64,000 bases of DNA, taken from assembly GCA_016927065.1 (NCBI GenBank), contig JAFGNJ010000027.1, forward strand, positions 36,506 through 100,505. Direction: 5' to 3'. Origin of the DNA: Deltaproteobacteria bacterium (GTDB taxonomy: Bacteria > Desulfobacterota > B13-G15 > RBG-16-54-18). The notes below the pieces were generated by a model that worked only from the letters and a program-made list of their open reading frames with translations, was not told the origin of the DNA and did no database searches. Of this stretch, positions 19,241 through 29,026 are shown one piece after another (position 1 is the first letter of the stretch; every line of letters begins with the position of its first letter). A program made the position numbers and the translations under genes.

Positions 19241-19873
19241 TTGCGGGAGAGGAGAGGGATGTCATTAGAGGGATTGATTGAATGGGTTGTTGCATGGGCC
19301 TATACCCCCTATGGGGGCGTGGCCCTTTTTCTTAACGCTGTCGCCGAATCATCCTTTTTTCCTCTGCCTCCCGATGTGTTGCTCATCGTCCTTTCCCTAC
19401 TTCGCCCTCAATGGGCCTTCGGGTACGCCGCACTCTGCAGTGTGGGATCGGTTATCGGGGGGGGTGTAGGCTATTTTCTGGGACTCAAAGGGGGGAGGCC
19501 CCTGATGCGACGCCTTTTCTCAGAGGAACGAATTCGCTTTGTGGAAAGGTATTATCAGAAATACGACGTCTGGGCGGTAGGAATCGCCGGCTTTACCCCC
19601 ATACCCTACAAGGTCTTTACTATTACTGCCGGGGTTTTTAACCTTGATCTAAAGCGGTTTATCCTCGCTTCCGTGGTCAGCAGAAGCGCCCGTTTCTTTT
19701 TGGTGGGGGCCATGATATTCATCTTTGGGGAGGCCGTAAAGGTCTATGCGACCAAATACGTGAATATCATTAGTATCGCCTTTGTGGCCTTATTGGTCCT
19801 CGGGTTTTGGGCCGTCCATTTTTTGACAAAAAGGGCGGCACGGGGCGAGGATACGACTCGGAGAAAGCCATGA
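19241..19873 (+). CDS. YqaA/DedA-like membrane protein (SNARE-associated domain)
   Basis: Polytopic, Gly-rich re-entrant motif GSVIGGGVGYFLG. Confidence 0.65.
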   Translation: MRERRGMSLEGLIEWVVAWAYTPYGGVALFLNAVAESSFFPLPPDVLLIVLSLLRPQWAFGYAALCSVGSVIGGGVGYFLGLKGGRPLMRRLFSEERIRFVERYYQKYDVWAVGIAGFTPIPYKVFTITAGVFNLDLKRFILASVVSRSARFFLVGAMIFIFGEAVKVYATKYVNIISIAFVALLVLGFWAVHFLTKRAARGEDTTRRKP

Positions 19874-21225
19874 ATCCTGCGATTTTTAGGGAGTATGACA
19901 TTAGGGGAGTGGTAGATAAGGATCTTACGAAGGAGACGGTCCGTGAACTCGGTCGGGGAGCTGGCAGTTACTTCGGCCGGCATGGAGTCAAGCGGATTAC
20001 GGTGGGGAGGGATTGTCGTCCGAGTTCCGATCCCTTCTTCGAAGTCCTCGTGGAGGGACTACTGGCCAGCGGCATGGAGGTTATCGATGTGGGTGTTTGT
20101 CCCACGCCGCTGCTCTACTTTTCCATCGTGCACCTGGAACAGGAAGGAGGGGTGATGATTACCGGCAGCCACAACCCTCCTGAGTTCAACGGCTTCAAGA
20201 TCTGCGTGGGTAAGGACGCCATCTACGGCGAAGAAATTCAGCGGGTGCGGGAGATCATTGAGAAGGGGGACTACGTAAAAGGAGAGGGGAACCTTGCTCA
20301 GCACGATATCATCCCGGACTATCATCATTATGTCCTTTCAAACATCCAGGTGAACCGGCCAATCAAGGTAGTGGTCGATGCCGGTAATGGGACGGGAGGA
20401 GTGGTGGGACTCCCCATCATGCGCGAGCTGGGGTGCAAGGTGGAGGCGCTGTACTGTGAGATGGACGGCCGCTTTCCTCACCATCACCCTGACCCCACGG
20501 TGGAGAAGAACCTCACGGACCTTATTGCTACGGTAAAAGATACCGGGGCTGACCTCGGCATTGGCTATGATGGTGATGCCGATCGTATTGGGGTCATCGA
20601 TGAGGAGGGGGGGATAATATGGGGTGATAAGCTGATGATCATCTTTGCCCGCGATATCATCAAAGAGCGGGGAGGGGGTACGTTTATCGGAGAGGTCAAG
20701 TGTTCCCAGACCCTCTACGATGAGATCGAGCGGCTGGGGGGGCGGGCCATCATGTGGAAGACCGGTCACTCCCTGATCAAGGACAAGATGAAAAAGGAGC
20801 GTGCCTTGCTGGCCGGAGAGATGAGCGGACATATGTTCTTCGCCGATCGTTACTTCGGCTTCGACGACGCCATTTATGCCTCCTGCCGCCTCCTGGAGAT
20901 CGTGGGCAAGACGGGGAAAAAGGTCTCAGAACTTCTGGAGGGGATTCCTCAGACAGCTGTTACCCCTGAGATCAGGGTGGAGTGCCCCGATGATATAAAA
21001 TTTAAGATTGTGGAGCGGGCTACTGAACACTTTCGCCGGGAATATCCCGTCATTGACGTCGACGGCATGAGGATCCAGTTCCCGGAAGGCTGGGGCCTGC
21101 TGCGGGCATCCAATACCCAGCCGGCCCTGGTCCTCAGGTTTGAGGCCGTATCCCAGGAGAGATTGGAGGAGATCAGGGGGATGATAGAGACGAAGGTGCA
21201 CGAGTTGATGGAGGGGGTGCAATAG
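19870..21225 (+). CDS. phosphomannomutase/phosphoglucomutase (alpha-D-phosphohexomutase)
   Basis: Active-site serine loop TGSHNPPEFNG, YDIRG N-terminus; ATGA overlap with upstream stop. Confidence 0.9.
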   Translation: MNPAIFREYDIRGVVDKDLTKETVRELGRGAGSYFGRHGVKRITVGRDCRPSSDPFFEVLVEGLLASGMEVIDVGVCPTPLLYFSIVHLEQEGGVMITGSHNPPEFNGFKICVGKDAIYGEEIQRVREIIEKGDYVKGEGNLAQHDIIPDYHHYVLSNIQVNRPIKVVVDAGNGTGGVVGLPIMRELGCKVEALYCEMDGRFPHHHPDPTVEKNLTDLIATVKDTGADLGIGYDGDADRIGVIDEEGGIIWGDKLMIIFARDIIKERGGGTFIGEVKCSQTLYDEIERLGGRAIMWKTGHSLIKDKMKKERALLAGEMSGHMFFADRYFGFDDAIYASCRLLEIVGKTGKKVSELLEGIPQTAVTPEIRVECPDDIKFKIVERATEHFRREYPVIDVDGMRIQFPEGWGLLRASNTQPALVLRFEAVSQERLEEIRGMIETKVHELMEGVQ

Positions 21226-21263
21226 GAGGGAGTGGCCCTCACAGAAGATTCTTAGGGGCCCAC

Positions 21264-22097
21264 ATGTCCATCGCCGGTGGGATCGATAAGGCCCTCTGTC
21301 GCGGAATGAAGCTCGGATGTGATGTCATCCAGCTCTTTACCAAAAACGCCAATCAGTGGCGGGCCAAGCCTCTTCTTCCGGATGCAATCGAGGCCTTCCG
21401 CCAGGCCCGCCGTGAGACAGGGGTCAGGCCCGTTGCGGCGCACGACAGCTACCTCATTAACCTCGCCTCCCCTGATGAAGGGCTCTATAAGCGGTCTGTT
21501 GAAGCCCTCTGGGAGGAGCTGGAGCGGGCCGAGACCCTGGGGCTCCCCTATCTGGTGATGCATCCCGGATCCCATCGGGGGGGCGGTGAAGAGGAGGGGT
21601 TTTATCGGATAGCCCGAGCCATCAATCTCCTCTATTACCAGGGCCCGGATATAAAGGTGCAGATTTTGTTGGAGACCACTGCTGGACAGGGTGCTACCGT
21701 GGGTTATCGCTTTGAGCACTTTGCCCGGATCATAGAGATGATTGAGGAGGATGAACGGATTGGGGTCTGTCTCGATACGAGTCACGTTTTTGCTGCGGGT
21801 TATGCAATCGAGACGTCGGAGGGGTATGAGGCCACCATGAAGGAGTTCGATCGGATCATCGGCCTGGACCGTTTGAAGCTTATTCACCTCAATGACTCCA
21901 AGGTCGCCTTGGGCACACGGGTGGACCGCCATGAACAGATCGGTCAGGGGTACCTGGGGCTGGAGCCCTTTCGTCTACTCATGCAGGACCCCCGTTTGGC
22001 AGACATCCCGTTTATCTTGGAGACCCCCAAGGGGTGGACCGCCAGCGGGGAGGATTGGGATAAGGTGAACCTCCGCACGCTGAGGGGGTTGGTGTAA
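21264..22097 (+). CDS. nfo: endonuclease IV (AP endonuclease family 2)
   Basis: 277 aa TIM-barrel AP endonuclease; metal-ligand HxH/E pattern (MHPGSH, HLNDS). Confidence 0.9.
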   Translation: MSIAGGIDKALCRGMKLGCDVIQLFTKNANQWRAKPLLPDAIEAFRQARRETGVRPVAAHDSYLINLASPDEGLYKRSVEALWEELERAETLGLPYLVMHPGSHRGGGEEEGFYRIARAINLLYYQGPDIKVQILLETTAGQGATVGYRFEHFARIIEMIEEDERIGVCLDTSHVFAAGYAIETSEGYEATMKEFDRIIGLDRLKLIHLNDSKVALGTRVDRHEQIGQGYLGLEPFRLLMQDPRLADIPFILETPKGWTASGEDWDKVNLRTLRGLV

Positions 22098-22100
22098 GGC

Positions 22101-23279
22101 GTGGAAAGCGCGGCTATCTCAGAGAGATTGCGGCAGGTTATCACGGAAGAGATCAGGGCCCAGGGGCCTGTCACCTTTGACCGGTTTATGGAGTTCTGCC
22201 TCTACCACCCGGAGTACGGCTACTATGCCTCGGGAAGGGCCTGTCGGGGACGGGAGGGGGATTATTACACCAGCCCCACGGTCCACCACGTCTTCGGAGC
22301 CCTCATTGCAAAACAGTTGGTCCAAATGTGGAGGATCCTGGGAGGAGAAAAATTCGAGGTCGTGGAGATGGGAGGGGGTGAAGGGTATCTATGTTTGGAT
22401 GTCCTGGATTACGTGCAGCGTTATGAAGCAGAATTCTACAATCTCTTATTTTACCATATGGTGGAGATGAGCCCTGTAGTCATCGAGCGACAAAAGGAGC
22501 TTTTGTCAGATCATTCGGGAAAGGTGATATGGGATGCAGTTGAACATGTTGGCGAGATGAAGATTTACGGTTGTTTTCTCTCCAACGAACTGGTCGACGC
22601 CTTTCCTGTGCATCGAGTGGTGCAGGAGGGTAGGAGATTAAAGGAGGTCTTTGTTGATTCGGTTCAGGGAGGATTGGGAGAGGTGCATGGTGATCCCTCT
22701 ACGCCGGAACTAGAGCAATACTTCCTGCGTTTAGGAATCACCCTGACTGAGGGACAGCGGGCGGAGGTAAACCTGGGGGCCCTGAGATGGCTCCAGGGGG
22801 TGGCCAAGGGGCTGGAGCGGGGCTTTGTCGTCACCATCGATTACGGGTATCCGGCCCAGGAGCTCTACAGCCCGCTTCGGGGGAAGGGGACCTTCCTGTG
22901 CTACCGGGGACACCAGGCCCTCACTGATCCCTATGGGGATCTGGGCCTGCAGGATATGACCGCACATGTGGATTTTACCTCACTCATTGAGTGGGGTAAA
23001 GAGTACGGGCTACAACTCACCGGTTTGCTCCCCCAGTACCGATTCCTCCTCGCCTTGGGAATCCTGGACGAGGTAGCACGGATGGGCGAGGGAAAGGAAG
23101 AATGGGAGGGCATGGCCGAGCGGCTTACCGTCAAGAATCTCATCCTCCCCGGGGGGATGGGTGAGACCTTTAAAGTGTTAATACAACACAAAGGGATACA
23201 GGCCCCTCAATTGGATGGTCTGAGAGGGAATATTCAAGGAGGTGAACAATGGTCGACGAAACAATCATTCGGTCTTTAG
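22101..23279 (+). CDS. class I SAM-dependent methyltransferase, MidA/NDUFAF7-like (DUF185)
   Basis: N-terminal FDRFMEFCLYHPEYGYYAS characteristic of the family; GTG start. Confidence 0.75.
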   Translation: MESAAISERLRQVITEEIRAQGPVTFDRFMEFCLYHPEYGYYASGRACRGREGDYYTSPTVHHVFGALIAKQLVQMWRILGGEKFEVVEMGGGEGYLCLDVLDYVQRYEAEFYNLLFYHMVEMSPVVIERQKELLSDHSGKVIWDAVEHVGEMKIYGCFLSNELVDAFPVHRVVQEGRRLKEVFVDSVQGGLGEVHGDPSTPELEQYFLRLGITLTEGQRAEVNLGALRWLQGVAKGLERGFVVTIDYGYPAQELYSPLRGKGTFLCYRGHQALTDPYGDLGLQDMTAHVDFTSLIEWGKEYGLQLTGLLPQYRFLLALGILDEVARMGEGKEEWEGMAERLTVKNLILPGGMGETFKVLIQHKGIQAPQLDGLRGNIQGGEQWSTKQSFGL

Positions 23280-24454
23280 CCGTAAAGACCACTTCTAAAA
23301 TCGTCCTGTTGGTCATGGACGGGGTAGGGGGGTTACGCGTAGACGGCAAGACAGAATTGGAGGCGGCTCATACCCCTCATTTGGATGAGTTGGCTGCCCG
23401 CTCCATCTGCGGGGTGGCCGACCCTGTCTCACCGGGGATCACGCCGGGGAGCGGACCGGGACACCTGGGGATGTTCGGTTACGACCCCCTGCTCTATGAG
23501 ATCGGCAGGGGGGTCTTGGAGGCCTTGGGGATCGGGATGGAGCTGGGAAAGAGCGATGTGGTGGCGCGCGGCAACTTCGCCACCATGGACCAAAAGGGGA
23601 TCATTGTCGACCGCCGGGCCGGGCGCATCCCCACGGAAAAGAACATGGAGCTCTGCGCCCTCCTGCAGAAGGAGATCCAGGAGATAGAGGGTGTTCAGGT
23701 GGAGGTCAGGCACGGCAAGGAGCACCGTTTTGTCCTGCGCTTTATGAAGGCGGGGCTGGACGGCCGGATCGAAGATACCGATCCGCAGAGAGAAGGCCAT
23801 CCTCCAAAAACGCCGACACCCTTAGTCCCGGAGGCCGAACACACAGCCGAGATCATCAAGCTTTTTGTTGAGCGGGCCAACCGCGTATTACAGGACCATC
23901 ACCCCGCCAACACGGTGCTGTTGCGGGGGATCTCCCAGATCCCCGCAATCCCCAGCATGAGCGACCTGTTCAAGCTGAGCCCTGCCTGCATCGCTACCTA
24001 TCCCATGTACAAGGGGCTGGCGAGGCTTGTAGGGATGGAGATCCTGGAGACAGGCGAGGGCATCGTCGATGAGTTCAAGACGCTCAAAAAGCACTATAAG
24101 GAATTCGACTACTTTTTCCTGCACATCAAGAAGACCGACAGCTACGGCGAGGACGGTAACTTTGAGAAAAAGGTCGAGGTCATCGAAGAGGTGGACCGGC
24201 ACCTTCCCGTGCTCTTGGAGCTGGACCCCGATGTCATCGCGGTGACCGGTGATCACTCTACCCCCTCACTGTTAAAGGGGCACAGCTGGCACCCCAACCC
24301 CTTCATGCTCTGTTCAAAATACGAGCGGATAGATGACGTTCAGGAGTTTGCCGAGGCGGCGTGCGTCAAAGGGGGACTTGGGAGATTACTGGCCGTGCAC
24401 GAGATGCCGTTGATGCTCGCCTCGGCCCTCAAGCTGGAGAAGTTCGGGGCATAA
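23249..24454 (+). CDS. apgM: 2,3-bisphosphoglycerate-independent phosphoglycerate mutase, archaeal-type
   Basis: LLVMDGVGG and GDHSTPS metal-site motifs; 401 aa. Confidence 0.9.
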   Translation: MVDETIIRSLAVKTTSKIVLLVMDGVGGLRVDGKTELEAAHTPHLDELAARSICGVADPVSPGITPGSGPGHLGMFGYDPLLYEIGRGVLEALGIGMELGKSDVVARGNFATMDQKGIIVDRRAGRIPTEKNMELCALLQKEIQEIEGVQVEVRHGKEHRFVLRFMKAGLDGRIEDTDPQREGHPPKTPTPLVPEAEHTAEIIKLFVERANRVLQDHHPANTVLLRGISQIPAIPSMSDLFKLSPACIATYPMYKGLARLVGMEILETGEGIVDEFKTLKKHYKEFDYFFLHIKKTDSYGEDGNFEKKVEVIEEVDRHLPVLLELDPDVIAVTGDHSTPSLLKGHSWHPNPFMLCSKYERIDDVQEFAEAACVKGGLGRLLAVHEMPLMLASALKLEKFGA

Positions 24455-24457
24455 AGA

Positions 24458-24493
24458 GGGGCCAGGCAGAGAGGTTACCCCCTGCCTGGCCCC
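24458..24493. terminator. GC-rich hairpin (12-bp stem GGGGCCAGGCAG/CTGCCTGGCCCC) between convergent genes
   Basis: Perfect inverted repeat starting 4 nt after the apgM stop; weak T-tract. Confidence 0.45.
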
Positions 24494-24524
24494 TGTGGTT
24501 CTACTCCGTATGTTTGGGTAGCTC

Positions 24525-24878
24525 CTATTTGGGTGGTTCAATTTTCTTATTACACCCCACTTCACAGCCATCAAAATAGTATTCCCACCCATCGGGACAT
24601 GACATAGTTGGCTGGTTTGGTAAACAACGGAATACCTCTTGGCCAGTACCAGTCTTTTTATGCCATCCTTGAGGACACTTCATAATTTGCAACGTATCTG
24701 ATGTTGTTGGTTGCGGCGGGGTCTGTTGTGTTTGGGGTGTTGATGGACCGGAACGGGACCATGCCATAAAACCCAGCCCCACGATAAATACCATTACCAT
24801 CACCACTAAAACTGTCCATCTGAAATTTTTCATAAATCCCTCCTTCTTGTTTTTTTGTTTATTATGCTTTATTTTCAA
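24525..24878 (-). CDS. small secreted Cys-containing protein
   Basis: Signal-like hydrophobic segment WTVLVVMVMVFIVGLGFMAW, Pro/Thr/Gln linker, six Cys in C-terminal 50 aa. Confidence 0.5.
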   Translation of the reverse strand: MKIKHNKQKNKKEGFMKNFRWTVLVVMVMVFIVGLGFMAWSRSGPSTPQTQQTPPQPTTSDTLQIMKCPQGWHKKTGTGQEVFRCLPNQPTMSCPDGWEYYFDGCEVGCNKKIEPPK

Positions 24879-24940
24879 TCGACCAGGTCAGAGAGGGTAC
24901 CCCCCCCCCTACCTGGTGGCCGCTGAGATTCTACTACTGC

Positions 24941-25813
24941 CTACTCCTGTTCAATCTTGAATGTTCCGCTGCAGCACGAACCAGAGAGGTCATGATAGGT
25001 GCCGTCAGTGGCGTACCACTTGCCAAGGGCATTTTTGCACAACGTGGCCTTGATCTCATGTAAACAGTCAGCATCTTCGGTGCCTTTCATTCCCTTCAGT
25101 CTCCCCACAAGCGTACAACAGTTGCCTGGCCCAGGGATCACCGTTGCTTTGAGCTTGGCGGTTATCGTACCGGTTGCGGGGTCTAGTACATCTCCCAGCA
25201 CTCCGGAACCACAATTGGTCTGCTGCAGAATCAAGGTGAACTTTGCTGACTCTGGGCCCACAGGGCATGCCGGATCGTCTACACTGATTCCCTTATATTT
25301 GCCGGCGATACAGCACGGACCGGTTTGAGCCTCGCAGGTGAGTTTCAGCTCTAGGTTGTTGTTGCCTTCATTCTCCTCCGTTACCACTTTCCACAGGTCC
25401 ACCACCGCCTTGATGCCTTGGATCCCTGATACCTTCAGCTTGCTTACGTAGGTGGCTGTGCCTCCCGGTGTCTTTAGATGTTTGGCAGGGTCGAAATTCC
25501 AAATAGGGCCTCCGCCCCAGCCGGTGCCGTTTTTGTAGAGATAGACCCCGGCGCTTTTGGGAGTGTGCACCGTCCAGACCTCATCGGGCACGATGCCGGG
25601 GCCGAGGTTCTTAATTACAACTGCCACGCGGCAGTCCTTGGTGAGATAGATATTATCGATGGTGAGGTCGGGCAGTCTACTCACAGGCGGTTTCTTCGTT
25701 TCAGAGATAGCTGCATCCTCTTTTTTTCCAGGCTGCTGGGCGAAGATAGTTCCTGTTGCCAAGATTGCAGCCGACCAAACAACCAATCCCATCAATAATG
25801 CTGATCTCTTCAT
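24941..25813 (-). CDS. secreted protein with N-terminal CARDB-like domain and Cys-rich C-terminal region
   Basis: Signal peptide; PDLTIDNIYLTKDCRVAVVIKNLGPG resembles CARDB; CC/CxxC pairs. Confidence 0.6.
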   Translation of the reverse strand: MKRSALLMGLVVWSAAILATGTIFAQQPGKKEDAAISETKKPPVSRLPDLTIDNIYLTKDCRVAVVIKNLGPGIVPDEVWTVHTPKSAGVYLYKNGTGWGGGPIWNFDPAKHLKTPGGTATYVSKLKVSGIQGIKAVVDLWKVVTEENEGNNNLELKLTCEAQTGPCCIAGKYKGISVDDPACPVGPESAKFTLILQQTNCGSGVLGDVLDPATGTITAKLKATVIPGPGNCCTLVGRLKGMKGTEDADCLHEIKATLCKNALGKWYATDGTYHDLSGSCCSGTFKIEQE

Positions 25814-25862
25814 GATCTTCCCTCCTTAATTACTTTTTTACCGCTGAGTGTCCATTCCCCTC

Positions 25863-25873
25863 AAAAAGGTTCA
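25863..25873 (-). promoter_or_regulatory. candidate ECF-type -35 element TGAACCTTTTT
   Basis: 11-mer on minus strand 50 nt upstream of ATG at 25813; same motif upstream of four other units in this locus. Confidence 0.35.
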
Positions 25874-25913
25874 TTTCCGTTAGTCTCGTCAGTATATGGT
25901 TTCCCCTTGATGC

Positions 25914-26735
25914 TTAAGGCCGAGCAGAACCAGGTAAACTGGCTGGGCGCGGGGTAACATGAACTGATATGTAATCAGATCTGACGTTTCCCGCCCCATC
26001 CAAAACTTGGATGTCAAACCCCGTATCACGTTCTATATCCCTAATAGTAATACTAAAAGGAGGTGTTGTATCAGTAACAGATCCGTACCAACCGCCCATC
26101 CAGACCGCACTGATCCCTGAAAAATCATCGCTGACGTCGAACTCAAAGGTAATATCAACGCTTCCACCGTCCTTATAAATCGTTTCTCCATCGGCGGGCC
26201 GAATGCTGTGAATCGTGGGACGTTCCATGTCACACCTCAGCCTGAGATCCCTGGTGGCTGCCTGCCCCAATCTATCCACGACTTTTGCCTGGAGGGTATA
26301 GGTTCCAGATCTTGCAGGCCGGTGAGGGGAGAGATCGAGTTTAAGGTCCCTGCCGCTCCGACTTGAGACTATAGGCCCTCCGAACGTTTCGTGATAGACT
26401 TGATGCCCTCTGAATAGAATCTCAAAACTACTTAATCCCTGTCTGGCAAATATATCGAAGTCAATGCTGACTCGATAGTCGTCACTCGGCGCACCACAAA
26501 AAAGCAGTATATTATAGTCATCGGTGAGGCTCTCGCAGGAAAATTCGTTGATTTTTGGTCCTGGGAGTCGTACGGTGGTATGTGGTAACGGCTCCAATTT
26601 TTCTTTTGGTTTTTCAACCTTCTCTGCATCGAGTTCCTTTTGTTTCGTGCTTTGTGCTGCCCACAGCGGCATACTTAAGGCCAATGACACAGCTAAAGCA
26701 ACAACCACTCCCCATGTAATAGTTTTGTCTTTCAT
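25914..26735 (-). CDS. secreted protein with Ig-like beta-sandwich region
   Basis: Signal peptide MKDKTITWGVVVALAVSLALSMPLWAA; beta-rich C-terminus. Confidence 0.55.
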   Translation of the reverse strand: MKDKTITWGVVVALAVSLALSMPLWAAQSTKQKELDAEKVEKPKEKLEPLPHTTVRLPGPKINEFSCESLTDDYNILLFCGAPSDDYRVSIDFDIFARQGLSSFEILFRGHQVYHETFGGPIVSSRSGRDLKLDLSPHRPARSGTYTLQAKVVDRLGQAATRDLRLRCDMERPTIHSIRPADGETIYKDGGSVDITFEFDVSDDFSGISAVWMGGWYGSVTDTTPPFSITIRDIERDTGFDIQVLDGAGNVRSDYISVHVTPRPASLPGSARP

Positions 26736-26785
26736 CGCAGTTCCCTCTCCCGTTTTCTCTCTATCTTTTTGTTCCTCATCCCTGC

Positions 26786-26796
26786 AAAAAGGTTCA
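26786..26796 (-). promoter_or_regulatory. candidate ECF-type -35 element TGAACCTTTTT
   Basis: 11-mer on minus strand about 50 nt upstream of ATG at 26735, just downstream of the S8 protease stop. Confidence 0.35.
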
Positions 26797-26814
26797 AAAA
26801 TATTTTCTAGTAAC

Positions 26815-28380
26815 TCAATCTAATAACTTCTTCAGATCAACCAGGCCCGAGCCGAACTGCTTGTCTTTGCCCGGCGGACCGTAGTCTTTTGCTGACTTTT
26901 CTAAAAGAGACCGCACCTCTTCTGGCCTCAGATTAGGGTGCTTCTGTAGCAGGAGGGCCACGGCCCCGCTCGCATAGGCCGCTGCCATGGAGGTGCCGGT
27001 ATAAAAGTCATATTTTTCCCCCGGTTGGGTGGTCATGATGTCCACCCCAGGAGCACAGAGAGTGATAAAGTCCCCTTTAATGCCCTCGGCATATGGTTTG
27101 CTCTTGATGTCCACGGCGGCTACGGCGATCACTTCAGGCAGGGCTGCAGGGTAGGGGGGATAAGTGGTGAGACTTTTATCACCGGCCGCCGCTACGATAA
27201 TAATACCTCGTGCGAAGGCCTCTTTGACGAGGTCGATTATTAAGGGATCTTTAGGCCCTCCCAGGCTGAGGTTTATCACTTGGACAGTTTGTATGATGGC
27301 GTAATCAATACCCTGGGAGAGCCAAAAAGAGGTTGTTGTGGCGGCTATCTTCCCTTCGGCGATGGGCTGACACGTCTTGATGGCCACGATCTTCGCCCCT
27401 GGGGCCAGGCCGCAGATACCGAGACCATTATTGCATTGTGCTGCGATGATGCCGGCTACAGCGGTGCCGTGAAGATCGTGCTGGAATGAGTTGCTGGCCG
27501 TGACGTCCTTTTTATGTGCAATTCGTCCTTTGAGATCTTGATGCAGGTAATCCACACCGGTATCTATTACTGCTACTGTGACGCCTCTTCCATCGATTCC
27601 GGATGGCAATTGATCGGCATTGAGCGACTTGAAGGCGTATTGCAGATCTGCGAGGGGATCAACCTTTGTCCCGGCGGTCCGGTAGAGATAGTTGGGTTGA
27701 GGAGACATCTCGTAGGGTTCACGGGAGAGAATCTCCATGACCTCCTCGACGGGGCGCCCGTCAGGTATCCGCAGGCGGACGAGGGATTTTCCTAAAGAGC
27801 CCAGTTCAACGACTTCTGCCACTTCCAGGCGATAGGACCGACTTATTCGTTCCAAGATAGGTCGTACGGACCGTTTGTCGCCTTGAACCGTTATCAGAAC
27901 CTCCCTTGTGATTATCGATTGCAAGGGGAAGCCCTCTGTGATGTTGATGACCTGCACCCGAGGGCCGGTTTTGATGATAAATGGGGGGCATCCCGGCACT
28001 TCGATGGCAGTACAAAAGGTGTATGTTCCTGGGGAGGCTTGATAGGTGGGCGTAATGCTGACCCGTGTTATGAAGCTCTGTTGAGGATGGACGGTTTGGA
28101 TATGAGAAGCCTTGATTTCAAACCACTTTTTGTGACTCGCTACAGTGGGGATAATGGATACTTCGACGCGTTGATAACGAGACCCGGTAAGATTTATCAG
28201 TTTGATTTCAAAGGTGGCCTCTTGTTCCCTCGTGACGGCCTTTGAGGGAGGGATAATTTCTGTCAGGAACCAATCTGGGCCTTTCATCATAGCGGGTTTC
28301 TGGCCAGACTGAGAGACGGTAGGGCAAAGGCTGCTGTAGCAGAGAAATACGACGAGAGCTAATCGAAGATATACGGACAT
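26815..28380 (-). CDS. subtilisin-like serine protease (peptidase S8)
   Basis: Catalytic triad motifs VAVIDTGVD, HGTAVAGIIAA, GTSMAAAYASGA; start chosen at ATG 28380, 1 nt after anti-sigma stop. Confidence 0.9.
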   Translation of the reverse strand: MSVYLRLALVVFLCYSSLCPTVSQSGQKPAMMKGPDWFLTEIIPPSKAVTREQEATFEIKLINLTGSRYQRVEVSIIPTVASHKKWFEIKASHIQTVHPQQSFITRVSITPTYQASPGTYTFCTAIEVPGCPPFIIKTGPRVQVINITEGFPLQSIITREVLITVQGDKRSVRPILERISRSYRLEVAEVVELGSLGKSLVRLRIPDGRPVEEVMEILSREPYEMSPQPNYLYRTAGTKVDPLADLQYAFKSLNADQLPSGIDGRGVTVAVIDTGVDYLHQDLKGRIAHKKDVTASNSFQHDLHGTAVAGIIAAQCNNGLGICGLAPGAKIVAIKTCQPIAEGKIAATTTSFWLSQGIDYAIIQTVQVINLSLGGPKDPLIIDLVKEAFARGIIIVAAAGDKSLTTYPPYPAALPEVIAVAAVDIKSKPYAEGIKGDFITLCAPGVDIMTTQPGEKYDFYTGTSMAAAYASGAVALLLQKHPNLRPEEVRSLLEKSAKDYGPPGKDKQFGSGLVDLKKLLD

Positions 28381-28381
28381 C

Positions 28382-29026
28382 TCACTCTCCCTGCACCTCC
28401 ACAAACCTGATGACATCCCTTTTCTGCCGTAGTGAGGAGATAATCCCCTGAAGTTCCTCGGCACTCATATCAGATTGCAACTCCACCGTATAGATCCCCA
28501 TAGGAGAAGGGCCTCGAACAATGGTCCCGTTTATTTCCAAGATAACCTCTCGAGCCGTCTTTTCCTGGACTCCGTCCTGAAAGAGTATGGATACTTTTGG
28601 TCCTGTGCCTTCGACTGCTTGCGGTCCGGAGAGGGTACGATAGAATCGCTCCCCAGCACCCCAGGGGTTAAGGGTAAAGAGGCCTATGAGCCCCGCAATC
28701 ACGATGAGCTGTGTGACGATGAGCAGGGCAGGTTGCGGTCTGGGGATAAGCGATGCAACCCTCTGCCAGATCGTTCTTTCTCGTTTTTCGATTTCCGCCA
28801 TGAGATGGGGGAAGATTTGGGGGACAGGGATCTCTTCGGCAATGGCTTGATAGCCTTTCTGTTCTTTCTTAATCGCTGCAAGCTCCTCTTGACAGATCGA
28901 ACAGTGTCGGAGGTGTTTTTTGACCGCTGCTTTCTCCTCTTTCTCCAGGGTGCCATTGAGATACCAGGGAAGAAGCAGATCGACCCCTTCAGGACAGAAG
29001 CCTGCTTTGACTTTTTTTTGTTTCAT
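28382..29026 (-). CDS. anti-sigma factor, zinc-finger (zf-HC2) type with TM helix and periplasmic domain
   Basis: HLRHCSICQEEL HxxxCxxC motif near N-terminus; 4-nt overlap with sigma factor gene. Confidence 0.7.
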   Translation of the reverse strand: MKQKKVKAGFCPEGVDLLLPWYLNGTLEKEEKAAVKKHLRHCSICQEELAAIKKEQKGYQAIAEEIPVPQIFPHLMAEIEKRERTIWQRVASLIPRPQPALLIVTQLIVIAGLIGLFTLNPWGAGERFYRTLSGPQAVEGTGPKVSILFQDGVQEKTAREVILEINGTIVRGPSPMGIYTVELQSDMSAEELQGIISSLRQKRDVIRFVEVQGE